DNA from: an uncultured Thermotogae bacterium
GTDB taxonomy: Bacteria; Bipolaricaulota; Bipolaricaulia; UBA7950; UBA9294
Assembly (NCBI GenBank): GCA_964620325.1
Contig: CAZUIM010000003.1
Location: forward strand, 43,319 to 107,318
Reading direction: 5' to 3'
Length of the DNA stretch: 64,000 nucleotides
Notes under the pieces: model-generated
Told to the model about the DNA's origin: nothing
Seen by the model: only the letters and a program-made list of their open reading frames with translations
Databases searched by the model: none
Made by a program: the position numbers and the translations under genes
Part shown: positions 1 through 9,549 of the stretch, piece by piece
Numbering within the stretch: position 1 is the stretch's first letter
How the letters are laid out: each line of letters begins with the position of its first letter

Positions 1-1142
1 TCAGCGGATACATCGTGGCCGGGCTGATTCTCAATCCGCGGATCACGGGACTTGTCTCGAGTACGTTCGTCGACTCGATGGGCACCACGACGGAGCTCTC
101 TCTCGCCGTTCTAACGTTTGCGATCGGTGGAACCCTTGCCTATCGGCCGCTGAGGGAGCTGGGACGGAAGATCATCCTCATCGCCCTCGGCGAAGCGGAG
201 CTCTCGGCGCTTTTGGTGACCGCCGGATGTCTCGCGACGCTGCCGTTTCTTCTTCCGGACTCCGACGGTTTCCTCACCACCGTTGCGCCGCTCGCCATCC
301 TCCTCGGCTCTCTGGCCTCGCCGACCGACCCGTCGGCGACGCTCGCCGTGGTCCGGCAGTTCAAGGCGAAGGGGATGGTCACGTTCAGCATCATGGCGTC
401 GGCGGCGATCGACGACGCGCTCGGTGTGATGAACTACAGCCTTGCCGTTGTCATCGCGATCGTTCTGATCACGCATCGCGTCGCGGGGGTCGGAACGATC
501 GTCGAGCCGTTGATGGCGATCGGCGGTGCGCTCGGGCTGGGGGCCGTCGCCGGACTGGCGTTCCGATTCGCCCCGAGGTGGCTCCGGGGAGAGAGCGACG
601 GGCTTCAGATCGCGCTCCTGCTCGGAATTCTGGGAATCTGCTACGGGGTCTCGTCTGCTCTTCGATTCGACCAGCTCTTGGCCACGATGGCGATGGGGGC
701 GACCGTCATCAACACGTCTCGGCAGCAGGAGCGGCATCGTGTCTTCCACCTCCTCGAGGAAGCGGTCGAACCGGTCGTGTTCATCGTCTTCTTCACGGTC
801 AGCGGCATGCTCTTGGATGTCGGCGTCCTGTTGCGGTACTTCCCGGTCGTTCTCCTCGTCGTCGTCTTCCGGTCGGCCGGGAAGCTCGGAGGAGCATACC
901 TCGGAGCAAGGCTCGGGCATGCGTCGCTTGAGGTCCGGCGGTACACGGGCTGGGGGCTGATTCCGCAAGGAGGGATCGTCATCGGGCTTGCCCTCCTGGC
1001 GCAACGGGAGCCGGCGCTCGAGTCGATCAGCCAGATTCTGCTCAACGTGATCATCGGTGCGACGGTCATTCACGAGTTGATCGGTCCGCTGACGGCGAAG
1101 CTCGCCATCGTCAAGTCGGGCGAGGCTCAGGAATCGAAGTGA
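1..1142 (+). CDS. cation:proton antiporter (Na+/H+ exchanger family, CPA2/Kef-like); 5' end lies outside the window
   Basis: The frame is open from the window edge, with no stop upstream of the GTG at 15. The 375-aa product is multi-TM and Gly/Leu/Ala-rich, typical of the Na+/H+ exchanger family. Stop TGA at 1140-1142. Confidence 0.75.
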   Translation, partial: SGYIVAGLILNPRITGLVSSTFVDSMGTTTELSLAVLTFAIGGTLAYRPLRELGRKIILIALGEAELSALLVTAGCLATLPFLLPDSDGFLTTVAPLAILLGSLASPTDPSATLAVVRQFKAKGMVTFSIMASAAIDDALGVMNYSLAVVIAIVLITHRVAGVGTIVEPLMAIGGALGLGAVAGLAFRFAPRWLRGESDGLQIALLLGILGICYGVSSALRFDQLLATMAMGATVINTSRQQERHRVFHLLEEAVEPVVFIVFFTVSGMLLDVGVLLRYFPVVLLVVVFRSAGKLGGAYLGARLGHASLEVRRYTGWGLIPQGGIVIGLALLAQREPALESISQILLNVIIGATVIHELIGPLTAKLAIVKSGEAQESK

Positions 1143-1557
1143 CCGGCGCGGGTGCAGTCGGCCGAGTGTTACGCGTCTGACCCGGCCCGCTTGGGGTTCG
1201 CTCGGATCGCCGCGGCGAACCACTCCGCCGTCCTGGCCGGCTGGTCGTCGTAGAACGATCGAATCGAGAATCGCTGGCGTAGCCGGCGGCGAGGACAGGG
1301 TGCATGGCGGGAGAGCACGGGCAGAAGGCGCGGTCGATCGTCTGTCTGGCGGCCTCCGCCACGTTCATCGCTTCCGGGTCGGCGAGCAGTTCGCGGATCT
1401 GCTCGAATTCGAAGGCGAACTCCATGCAGAAGGGCACGTGCGGCAACCGCTCGAGGTCGGTGATCGAATGCAGGCGGTATCCGGCGTCCGGCCGCTCCGA
1501 CGGTGTGACCAGACCGAGGCTGTCGTAGTAAGGATGGACCCTCGCGTTGCGTGAGGG
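1111..1557 (-). pseudogene. MerR-family regulator relic lacking the N-terminal HTH
   Basis: The minus frame reads ..ARVHPYYDSLGLVTPSERPDAGYRLHSITDLERLPHVPFCMEFAFEFEQIRELL, matching the MerR wing and dimerisation-helix pattern. A TGA at 1558-1560 cuts off the first helices. No ATG/GTG/TTG occurs before 1446. Confidence 0.4.
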
Positions 1558-1756
1558 TCAAGGGTCCTCGTTGGAACCGAGACGGAACCACATCTGCGCC
1601 ACGGCGGGTGAGCAGAACCCGTGCGCCTGGTACGGAACGACACGCGAGCCTGGCTCGGCGCAGTCGGAGAGGATATACTAGGTGGCAGTTTCGTAGGCGG
1701 TTCAATCGCATACCATTCCAGCGCGAATCGCAGTCAACCCGAGCTGAGCGTGCGAC

Positions 1757-3010
1757 TTGGCTCAACGGAGCCAAGGAGTGTCTATATTGGGTTTTGAACG
1801 ATTCCAGTTCGACCGGCGGATCGCCGCCGGCGTGAAGTCGGTCGGCTACACCGCTCCGACACCGATCCAGGAACGAGCCATCCCGATCATTCTACAAGGA
1901 CGAGATGTGTTGGGCCTCGCCCAGACGGGGACGGGAAAGACGGCCGCTTTCGTGCTTCCGATCCTCCAACGTCTGAGCCGGGGCCCCCGCGGTCGGGTGA
2001 GGGCGCTGATCGTCGCCCCCACACGGGAGCTGGCCGAACAGATCCACCAGGAGATCGTCAGACTGGGGCGCGACACCAACGTTCGCAGCACGACGATTTA
2101 CGGAGGGGTGAGCAAGGGACCACAGCTTGCGGCGCTCCGCCGAGGCGTGGAGATCGTGGTCGCCTGCCCGGGCCGGCTGCTCGACCACGTCGGGGCGGCG
2201 GCGATCGACCTGTCGCAAGTTGAAGTTCTCGTCCTCGACGAGGCTGATCGCATGTGCGATATGGGCTTCCTCCCCGACATCCGACGAATCATTCGGCAGG
2301 TTCCGGAGAAACGGCAGACCCTGTTCTTCTCGGCCACCATGCCCGCGGACATCCGTACGCTTGCTGACCGGATTCTTGGGGATCCGGAGACGGTGCAGAT
2401 CGGAGCGAGTGCACCGGCAGAGACCGTATCACACGCGCTCTACCCGGTCTCAGAGCATCGGCGGAAGGATCTCCTCATGGCGATGTTGCGCAGAACGTCG
2501 ACCGGACGGGTTCTCATCTTCACGCGGACGAAGTACCGCGCCCGCAATCTGGCGAGCCACATGAAGAAACACGGCCATCGCGCGGCTGCGCTGCAGGGCG
2601 ATATGAGTCAGAACCAGCGCCAACGAGCGATCGACGGCTTCCGAAACGGGAAGATCGACGTTCTGGTGGCCACGGACATCGCGGCTCGCGGGATCGATGT
2701 GTCGGAGATCTCACACGTGATCAATTTCGACATGCCTCACACGGTCGATGCCTACACGCACCGGATTGGGCGGACCGGCCGAGCGGAGCGGACAGGCGAA
2801 GCATTCACGCTCGCCGTTCGGGCGGACACCTTGATGGTGCGGCAGATCGAGAGGGTGCTCGGATCCTCCCTGGAGCGACGTCGACTTCCCGACTTCGACT
2901 ACGGCGAAGGATTCGACCCCGAACGGCAATTCCTGAGGGCCAGTTCAGGATCATCGAGAGGATCTCGTGCCGTCGGCGGTCGTCGGTTCCGCCCGCGACA
3001 GACTCGGTAG
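1757..3010 (+). CDS. DEAD-box ATP-dependent RNA helicase (RhlE-like)
   Basis: Motifs present: Q motif TPIQERAIP, AQTGTGKT, VLDEADRM, SAT and HRIGRTGRA. The likely true start is the TTG at 1787, preceded by AAGGAG (1771-1776). Confidence 0.92.
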   Translation: MAQRSQGVSILGFERFQFDRRIAAGVKSVGYTAPTPIQERAIPIILQGRDVLGLAQTGTGKTAAFVLPILQRLSRGPRGRVRALIVAPTRELAEQIHQEIVRLGRDTNVRSTTIYGGVSKGPQLAALRRGVEIVVACPGRLLDHVGAAAIDLSQVEVLVLDEADRMCDMGFLPDIRRIIRQVPEKRQTLFFSATMPADIRTLADRILGDPETVQIGASAPAETVSHALYPVSEHRRKDLLMAMLRRTSTGRVLIFTRTKYRARNLASHMKKHGHRAAALQGDMSQNQRQRAIDGFRNGKIDVLVATDIAARGIDVSEISHVINFDMPHTVDAYTHRIGRTGRAERTGEAFTLAVRADTLMVRQIERVLGSSLERRRLPDFDYGEGFDPERQFLRASSGSSRGSRAVGGRRFRPRQTR

Positions 3011-3700
3011 GAATCCGGCGATCTGCCCTCCGTCGTCCGAAAGGGGCGGCAGGCGAGACGTGCGCGGATCTGATTCGGGTCGGACGTGTGTGAATGTGAG
3101 CATGCGCTGCAACTCGATCCTCTCGCAGTACGGTGCTGCGGCCTCGGACTCGGAAAGAGAGCACGCACCGCCTTGGGGCAGCCGGGCTTGGAGGTTCGGG
3201 GAGGCCTTCATCGTCGGCTTCGACCACATCTGCCATGTATCTTCCAGCGTCAGATTCTGCCGCGAGCCGGTGCCGGCACGAGGCGGAAGGTTCGGCAGAT
3301 CCCGGCTCTCTTCCGCTCCGTCTCGGCGCGGAGAGATCGGTCCCTTTTCCGGCGGTCCGGGTGTCAGGCGGCTCGGAGGCGTGCATCGGTGCCCGCATCG
3401 GGCGGGCACGATGATCCGATTTCAGATTGGAGTGCAGAAAGAACCGAGATAGGAAGTTGGATCTGAGAGGGAGTGTATGGTATACTTACAGTGCATTCAT
3501 GTAAGGTGGACGAAGCTTTCTCCCCTCGATCGGCGAGCCTTGAAACACACGATCAGCGAACAGCCTTCGCCGGTTGCTTGAGCGACTGAGGAATCGTCGC
3601 GTCTATACTCGAGACTTCGATGGGTGACGATCCGCTCGCACTTCGGCACAGCCCACGGAGGATCGCCGCCTCGAGGCGCAAAAGAGGAGTGTGATCGAGC

Positions 3701-4174
3701 ATGTACCAACGGATCCTCGTACCACTCGATGGATCGGAGCGGGCCGAGCGGGTCCTTCCTCATGCCATCGAGATCGCGCGTGGCAAGGAAACACGCCTGC
3801 TTCTTCTTCACGTTGTCGAGCCGCCCGTGGTTACGGCACCGGCCATCGCGGCGGGAGTGCCCGCGACGTCAGTCCCGATCCGGTCGAACTCTCTCGAAGA
3901 CGGGCTGACGCGCGCGCTCGAAGAAGCGAAATCGTATCTGGATCAGAAGAAGGGTGGAATCGAGGCGGGAGGGACTCCCTGCGAAACCTCCCTGGAGCAA
4001 GGAGGCGTTGTTGAACGGATCGTCAGCGCGGCGGAGGCGAAGGACGTCGATCTCGTCGCGATGGCGAGTCACGGGCGGAGCGGCCTCGCTACGGTCTTCT
4101 TCGGGAGCGTTGCAATCGGCGTGCTTCACCGATTGGAGCGTCCGATCCTGCTGATACGGGCGGATGGGGAGTAG
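3701..4174 (+). CDS. universal stress protein (UspA family)
   Basis: MYQRILVPLDGSE...LLLLHVVEP...DLVAMASHGRSGL..FFGSVA..VLH....PILLIR. This is the canonical Usp pattern. Confidence 0.9.
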   Translation: MYQRILVPLDGSERAERVLPHAIEIARGKETRLLLLHVVEPPVVTAPAIAAGVPATSVPIRSNSLEDGLTRALEEAKSYLDQKKGGIEAGGTPCETSLEQGGVVERIVSAAEAKDVDLVAMASHGRSGLATVFFGSVAIGVLHRLERPILLIRADGE

Positions 4175-4378
4175 GCGGAGGATGTTATGCTCGATGAACT
4201 CCGGTCTCTTCCGGGCTCTGCTCGCCGGCCTAGCCGCGGATCCGAGGAGGCCGATCGAGCCGGATGTGGCGTGTCGATCGAACGGCAAATCTGCAGACAC
4301 GAAAGGAAGTAGCGAGTGAACGGGGGGGCAGGCGGGACGGGATGATTTCGGTGAGGAGGAACAGGATCTCTCCCGTAG

Positions 4379-5433
4379 GTGAGACGTGTGCTTCGGTCTG
4401 TGAGTGAGCTCCTTGGGTACGACTTGGAGGCGAAGGACGGACGCATCGGGCGCTGTAAGGACTTCCTATTTGATGATTCCGAGTGGGCGGTCCGCTACAT
4501 GGTCTCTGACACGCGGAGGTGGTTGCCCGGCCGGAAGGTCCTGGTCTCGTCTGCATCCCTCGGTGAGCCGGACTGGCGGGGCGGGATTCTTCGCGTCGAT
4601 CTGACGCGCGAGCAGATCCAGGGTGGGCCGCCGCTCGCGGAGGACGAACCGGTTTCGAGGCGTTACGAGGCCGATCTTCTCGAGCATCTCGGCTTGCCGA
4701 TCTACTGGGTCCAAACCGATCCGATCGGCCCTCACCCGTTCCCGGTCACCGCCGGCAACGGAGGTGAGCCCGAACAACAGCCGGAAGGCGCAGAGGCGGA
4801 GCGAGGGGGTCCGCATCTCCGTTCCGCACCGAGGTGGACGGCTACAAGGTCGCGGCCTTCGACGGCGAGATCGGGCGGATCGAGGACTTCATTGTCGATG
4901 ATGACAGCTGGGTCGTTCGTTACGTCGTCGTCGATGTGGGGACCGCGCTCTCCGGCCCGAACCGTAGGGTTCTCCTAGCCCCGAGTTGGCTGACGAGCTT
5001 GGCGTGGACCCGAAAGGAAGCGCACACGGCGTTGACGGTCGAAGAGATCGAAGAGAGTCCGGAGCACGACCCGACCGCGCCGGTCGACCGCGCGTACGAG
5101 GAGCGTCTGTACGATCACTACGGACGCCGCGTCTACTGGGACAAGTGGAATGGCCCGCCGCCCGTCGAGGGTCAGCTGCGGAGAGCGGTGCGGGATCGGA
5201 CGCGGTCACGTGGTCGCCCCCTGATCGCGAACGAAAGGTCAGAGCTCACGGTTCGTCTCGGGAGCGGATCAACAGGATTGGGATCTCCGATCGGTGGAGG
5301 ACGCCCGCGGCCACACTGCCGAAGAAGACACGCGAGAAGCCGGTTCTCCCGTGGCTTGCGAGCGCGATCAGGTCGACCTTATTCTGCTCCGCCGTGTGAA
5401 CGATTCGCTCCGGGGCTGGCCCGGTCTCGATGA
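4379..5433 (+). pseudogene. tandem PRC-barrel protein split by a frameshift near 4826-4834
   Basis: ORF 4379..4978 carries PRC barrel 1 (GRCKDFLFDDSEWAVRYMV). ORF 4834..5433 carries PRC barrel 2 (GRIEDFIVDDDSWVVRYVVVD) in another frame. The intact 249-aa paralogue at 58479..59228 reads straight through the junction (PHLRSTREVTGYRV versus PHLRSAPRW / VDGYKV here). Confidence 0.6.
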
Positions 5434-5722
5434 TCGTCTCGGCGTCGATCTCCTTCGACGCAAGGATCTTCTGAATCTTGGCCAGATAGTCTTCGGCGAA
5501 CGCCCGCGTTTCCTCGATCAAGTCGACGTAGGCCTGGGGCGTGATCGGCGGAGTGCTGGCTCCCCGGATCGACGCGGTGGGGGACGGGACGAAGGTCGTC
5601 GGCTCGATGACGTGAAGCAGAATGACCTTTCCCATCTTGATTCCGCTCAATGCTTCGACGTGCGGAAGGATCTTCTCAGCCCGTTCCGAGGTATCCAGCG
5701 GCACAAGAATCTTGCTGTACAT
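5246..5722 (-). CDS. universal stress protein (UspA family)
   Basis: MYSKILVPLDTSERAEK...VILLHVIEP...DLIALASHGRTGFSRVFFGSVAAGVLHRSEIPILLIR. ATG at 5722 is preceded by GGAGA. Confidence 0.9.
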   Translation of the reverse strand: MYSKILVPLDTSERAEKILPHVEALSGIKMGKVILLHVIEPTTFVPSPTASIRGASTPPITPQAYVDLIEETRAFAEDYLAKIQKILASKEIDAETIIETGPAPERIVHTAEQNKVDLIALASHGRTGFSRVFFGSVAAGVLHRSEIPILLIRSRDEP

Positions 5723-6252
5723 TGGGTCTCCTTTCAGACATCCATCGAACCGACCGACCCGAACCATTGACGCATCTGCCGACAGTTCGGCGTCTCTGCG
5801 ACGACCGGTCGTAGCTCATTCGGTGGGGCGTCTTGTCGAGCAGGGTCCCCAGGGGCCGGATTGCCCGCTGACACCCCACGATACTCGGCAAACGGAAGCA
5901 GACGCCCTCCACGCCGCATCGCGTCAGGACGAGGGTCGAGACGGCGGGCGGATCGCCGATCGAGGACGATGTCGCCACCGGCCGTCATCACGATCCCGCG
6001 ATGATCGGCGCATTCTGCGGCGCCGGTGGTCGGTGCTACGTCGTCGATGATGCCCATCTTCCGACCCGCTCGTCTCTTCGTTCGAGGTCGCATCGTCGTC
6101 GTTTCCAAGATAGAGGATGGAGGAACCAAGTGCAATCGATCGGATGAAGCCTCGCACTCAAGGGCCTCCGCGTGGCTTCCCGAGGCCGTCGCCTTCGCGG
6201 GTCATGAGGACGCGGTATCATGGAGGGATGCGAGAGGAGGGGGGGGGGCCGG

Positions 6253-7209
6253 ATGAAGTCGCTCGTGATGACTCTGTGTTTCGTGTTGGCTCTCGGGATC
6301 GTCGTTGCTCTCGCGGTTGCCTCCGAGCGACTGCAGGTCGTCGCGACGACGACGATCGTCGGGGACGTTGTCCGCTCCGTTGCCGGGGATCACGTCGAAC
6401 TCGTCGTTCTCCTGCCCCGCAATGCGGATCCTCACACATTCCAGCCGACTCCGAGGGACGTTGTCACTGTCTCGAACGCGGACGTGGTTTTTATCTCAGG
6501 CGCTGGTCTCGAGGAAGAGGTCGGGGATATTCTCGACAACGCAGCTAGCCGGATCGTCGATCTGTCAGAGCGCGTGGTGCTTCGGGAACTGGGAGTCGAA
6601 AGCGCGGAAGCCTCAGCAGAAGATGAGGACACCCTTGTGGGAGAGGGCGAGAGCGACGACGGGCGGCACGATCACGGCGAACACGATCCGCACGTCTGGT
6701 TCGACCCGGCCAACGTGACGATCTGGACTGAGACGATCGAGGAAGCGCTTGCTGAGCTCGATCCGGAGAACGCCGCTTTCTATCGTTCGAACGCGTCCTC
6801 GTACCGCCTGTCCCTGAACGACCTCGACCGATGGATTCGCGACGAGATCGATCGCGTGCCGCTCGTTCGGCGACGGCTCGTCACCGACCATCTCGCCTTC
6901 GGATACTTCGCAGCTCGTTACGGCTTCGAGCAAGTGGGGTCTGTGTTCGCGGGGTTCAGTACGCTGGCCGAGCCGTCAGCACGGGAGATGGCCGAGTTGA
7001 TCGACGCGATCGAGACCCTCGACGTCCCCGCGATCTTCGTCGGGACGACGGCCGATCCGACGTTGGCTGAGGCAATCGCCGCGGATACCGGGACTGACGT
7101 CGTGACCCTGTACACCGGTTCGCTGAGCGAGCAAGACGGGCCCGCGGCGACCTACCTGGAGTTCATGCGCTACGATGTTCTTGCGATCGTCGATGCGCTG
7201 GCTCGATAG
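6253..7209 (+). CDS. metal (Zn/Mn)-binding ABC substrate-binding protein, ZnuA/TroA family
   Basis: Signal-like N-terminus MKSLVMTLCFVLALG. Also LQVVATTTIVGDVV, NADPHTFQPTPRD, an acidic/His-rich loop EDEDTLVGEGESDDGRHDHGEHDPHVWFDP, and a C-terminal TroA-like half. The track ORF starts at 6220. Confidence 0.85.
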   Translation: MKSLVMTLCFVLALGIVVALAVASERLQVVATTTIVGDVVRSVAGDHVELVVLLPRNADPHTFQPTPRDVVTVSNADVVFISGAGLEEEVGDILDNAASRIVDLSERVVLRELGVESAEASAEDEDTLVGEGESDDGRHDHGEHDPHVWFDPANVTIWTETIEEALAELDPENAAFYRSNASSYRLSLNDLDRWIRDEIDRVPLVRRRLVTDHLAFGYFAARYGFEQVGSVFAGFSTLAEPSAREMAELIDAIETLDVPAIFVGTTADPTLAEAIAADTGTDVVTLYTGSLSEQDGPAATYLEFMRYDVLAIVDALAR

Positions 7210-7343
7210 CACGACCGGTGCGCGGGTTGTGGGAGGAACTTCGCGTGAATGCCGGGAGCTCGCGTAGCCGGTGTCTGGAAGCGGGTTCGCGTCCTGAAGT
7301 ACGCTGAGATCGTCGCGCGCGATCCCCTCTAGGCAGAAGCGTC

Positions 7344-8141
7344 TCATGCTTGCCTGACAAGTTTCGAGCGCAAGACACATCGATCGCCACGCAATCGGGA
7401 ATCGAAGTACTCGACCGGGACTTCGCCGCTCGCGTAGCTCGTTCCGAGGAGACGCAAGCACGGTTCCCACACCTGGACTCGGAGAAGATCCGAATCTTGG
7501 AGCGAGACGCTGGTTGCGTGGACCTCGCGGTGAGCACCAACGACACGAATCCCGCAGTGCATCTCAATCAGATGATACAGGTCGTCCTCAAACGAGGCCT
7601 CCGGGAGTTCGCTGATTGCAGCGAATGTCGGATGAGACAGGAACGAATCGACGACCAGCAGGGGATCGTCTGCGACGTAGCGGAGGCGACGTAGCCAGAT
7701 CGTCTTGGATCCAGGGTCGATCCGAAGCGCGGCAGCAGCGGCGCGAGGCGCCGGACGGACGGCCCTCTCCAACAGGACGGTGCGGTGATCCACCCCCTGT
7801 TGGTCCAACATCTCGCCGAAGCTCATGAGCTGCTCCATGAAGACGAGAGGGATGTCATGTCGGGTCTTGACGACGGCGCGCTTCCCACGCTGTCGTTCGA
7901 GGTATTCCTCATCGAGCAACGCCTTCATCGCCTTATTCACCGTCGGCCGGCTGATTCCGAGCTGAGATGCAATCTCCTCTTCGCTGAAGAAAGGATCTCC
8001 TGGAGCGAGTCCACCTTCATCGATGAGGTGTTTCAACACGAATTGCACTTGGTAATAGAGGGGGAGCGCGTCGTCGTCTTTGAGTACGGACCGATAAGCA
8101 GCCAGCGGATGGGAACGCTCGTTCAGGTCGTCCACTCGCAC
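7344..8141 (-). CDS. GntR-family regulator, HutC subfamily (wHTH + UTRA)
   Basis: LPLYYQVQFVLKHLIDEGGLAPGDPFFSEEEIASQLGISRPTVNKAMKALLDEEYLERQRGKRAVV, followed by a roughly 150-aa UTRA-like effector domain. Confidence 0.85.
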   Translation of the reverse strand: MRVDDLNERSHPLAAYRSVLKDDDALPLYYQVQFVLKHLIDEGGLAPGDPFFSEEEIASQLGISRPTVNKAMKALLDEEYLERQRGKRAVVKTRHDIPLVFMEQLMSFGEMLDQQGVDHRTVLLERAVRPAPRAAAAALRIDPGSKTIWLRRLRYVADDPLLVVDSFLSHPTFAAISELPEASFEDDLYHLIEMHCGIRVVGAHREVHATSVSLQDSDLLRVQVWEPCLRLLGTSYASGEVPVEYFDSRLRGDRCVLRSKLVRQA

Positions 8142-8212
8142 AACCTCCTGCTACGGATTCGTCGGAGAGCGGGGGTGGTGTCTGCTCTCGCGATATCGGT
8201 TCACGGACAAGT

Positions 8213-9010
8213 CTAGCGTACGACACCCCCAGCTGCATCGGCAAGTGTGGCGAAGATGGCTTTCGGCGGGTTCTCAGCCTCCTGCGCCTCCTTCATCGAG
8301 CTCACGCCGGTCAGAACGAGAAGGAAGTCAACCCCGAGATGATCGGCCGCTCCGCCGTCGTTGGGGAGAGAATCGCCGATGAGACCGACTCGATTACGGG
8401 GAGCTTCGGTGAGCTCGAGTGAGAGATCGACGGCCGCGCCCGCCGGCTTCCCCGCAATGAAGGCCGGGGCGTATCCCATGCCGCGCAGGGCGCCGACGAG
8501 GCTTCCGGCTCCCGGCATGATTCGGTCGGATGCTGCATAGACCGGCGCCTCATCGGTCACCCACAACGGTGTGCCGGATGCGAGGAACGGAAGAGCACGC
8601 GCGAGCGTCGCGTAGTCGAACGACGGAGTGAAGCCGACAACGACCACATCGGCCGGGGGACGGCTGACCACCTTATGACCGAGCGCCTTGAGCTCCTCGG
8701 CGAATCCCGGCTCGCCGATCAGGTGAATGCGGGAAGGTCCGGAAAGACGATGCAGCTCGATTGCGGCGGCGTAAGAGCTCGTGACAATCTGCTCAGCGGC
8801 GAACTGAACACCGCAGGTGCCCAGACGAGCGGCGATCTCTTCTCTGCTGCGGGTCGAATTGTCCGTGAGGACGACCACCGGCTTCCCCGCTCCGACAGCA
8901 CGGCGGAGGAACTCCTCTGCCCCCGGGAGAAAGGTTGTCCCGCGAGTCAGTGTGCCGTCCAGGTCTGCGATGAACGCGTCGTAGCGCTCGAATAGCGGCG
9001 ATTCAGGCAT
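8213..9010 (-). CDS. HAD-superfamily IIA hydrolase (NagD-like sugar phosphatase)
   Basis: YDAFIADLDGTL (DxDGT nucleophile motif), VVVLTDNSTRS and LIGDSLPNDGGAA. The ATG at 9010 overlaps the upstream stop (ATGCCTGA). Confidence 0.8.
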   Translation of the reverse strand: MPESPLFERYDAFIADLDGTLTRGTTFLPGAEEFLRRAVGAGKPVVVLTDNSTRSREEIAARLGTCGVQFAAEQIVTSSYAAAIELHRLSGPSRIHLIGEPGFAEELKALGHKVVSRPPADVVVVGFTPSFDYATLARALPFLASGTPLWVTDEAPVYAASDRIMPGAGSLVGALRGMGYAPAFIAGKPAGAAVDLSLELTEAPRNRVGLIGDSLPNDGGAADHLGVDFLLVLTGVSSMKEAQEAENPPKAIFATLADAAGGVVR

Positions 9011-9524
9011 GCTCCTCCGGCCGCTCGGTGAGATACCCGGCGATGAGCTCGGCGGTCCACTGTGCGACCTGTCCGACAACACGCTCGGCGCACTTGACGT
9101 GGCCGTCGTATTCGTGGGCGAAGCGCTCGGCCTGCTCGGGATCCCAGAAGTCGATTCCGGTACCGACGATTCGTTCCTGAACCTCCCGGCACTCCAGGCT
9201 GCCGAACGTTCGCTCGTACCGCTCGATCAGTTCCTTCACGAGCGCGAAGTTCTGCCAACGCAGTCGCTGTGGATCCCTCATGTTGTCTCGATCTCGTCCG
9301 ACGAAGAGCCCGACCGAAAGGATGCCGCCGGTCAATGCACCGCACGTTCGGCCGGTGCACCCCATCCCTCCGGAGAAGCCGGTCGAAACCCTGAACGCGA
9401 TCGGCGCATCCACCTCGAACGCATCTATAATGCCGCCGACCACGCATTGCGCGCATCCGTGGAAGGTCTTCTCGTACTCGACGGCTCGTTCGGTCGCTCT
9501 GCAAATCGTCTGTTCGTAGTTCAA
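9003..9524 (-). CDS. C_GCAxxG_C_C family putative redox protein
   Basis: HGCAQCVVGG and GRTCGALTGGILSVGLFVG motifs. The probable start is the TTG at 9524 after GGGAGGA; the track start at 9575 would overlap the gntR stop. Confidence 0.7.
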   Translation of the reverse strand: MNYEQTICRATERAVEYEKTFHGCAQCVVGGIIDAFEVDAPIAFRVSTGFSGGMGCTGRTCGALTGGILSVGLFVGRDRDNMRDPQRLRWQNFALVKELIERYERTFGSLECREVQERIVGTGIDFWDPEQAERFAHEYDGHVKCAERVVGQVAQWTAELIAGYLTERPEEHA

Positions 9525-9549
9525 GCTTCTTCCTCCCTCGGAACGAGCG

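Noticed and set aside
111-1223. Long antisense or off-frame ORFs throughout the window. Examples: 111..1223 -, 10295..11266 +, 12422..13351 -, 13234..14100 -, 14643..15668 +, 23065..24054 -, 39862..41118 +, 43196..44338 -, 46486..47805 - and 48282..49685 -.
   Set aside because: All are Arg/Pro/Gly/Ser-rich with no motifs. Each overlaps a gene with clear family signatures on the other strand or in another frame. They are typical shadow ORFs of GC-rich DNA.
4187-4312. A 41-codon ORF with GGAGG 5 nt upstream, between usp and the PRC-barrel gene.
   Set aside because: It is Arg/Ser-rich, matches no recognisable family and is too short to support from sequence alone.
5734-6135. The 133-aa minus ORF in the usp/ZnuA spacer (MGIIDDVAPTTGAAECADHRGIVMTAGGDIVLD..).
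   Set aside because: The first ~35 codons have coding-like composition, but the rest degrades into Arg/Pro-rich sequence. There is no RBS or family match. It may be another relic but is not supportable as a gene.
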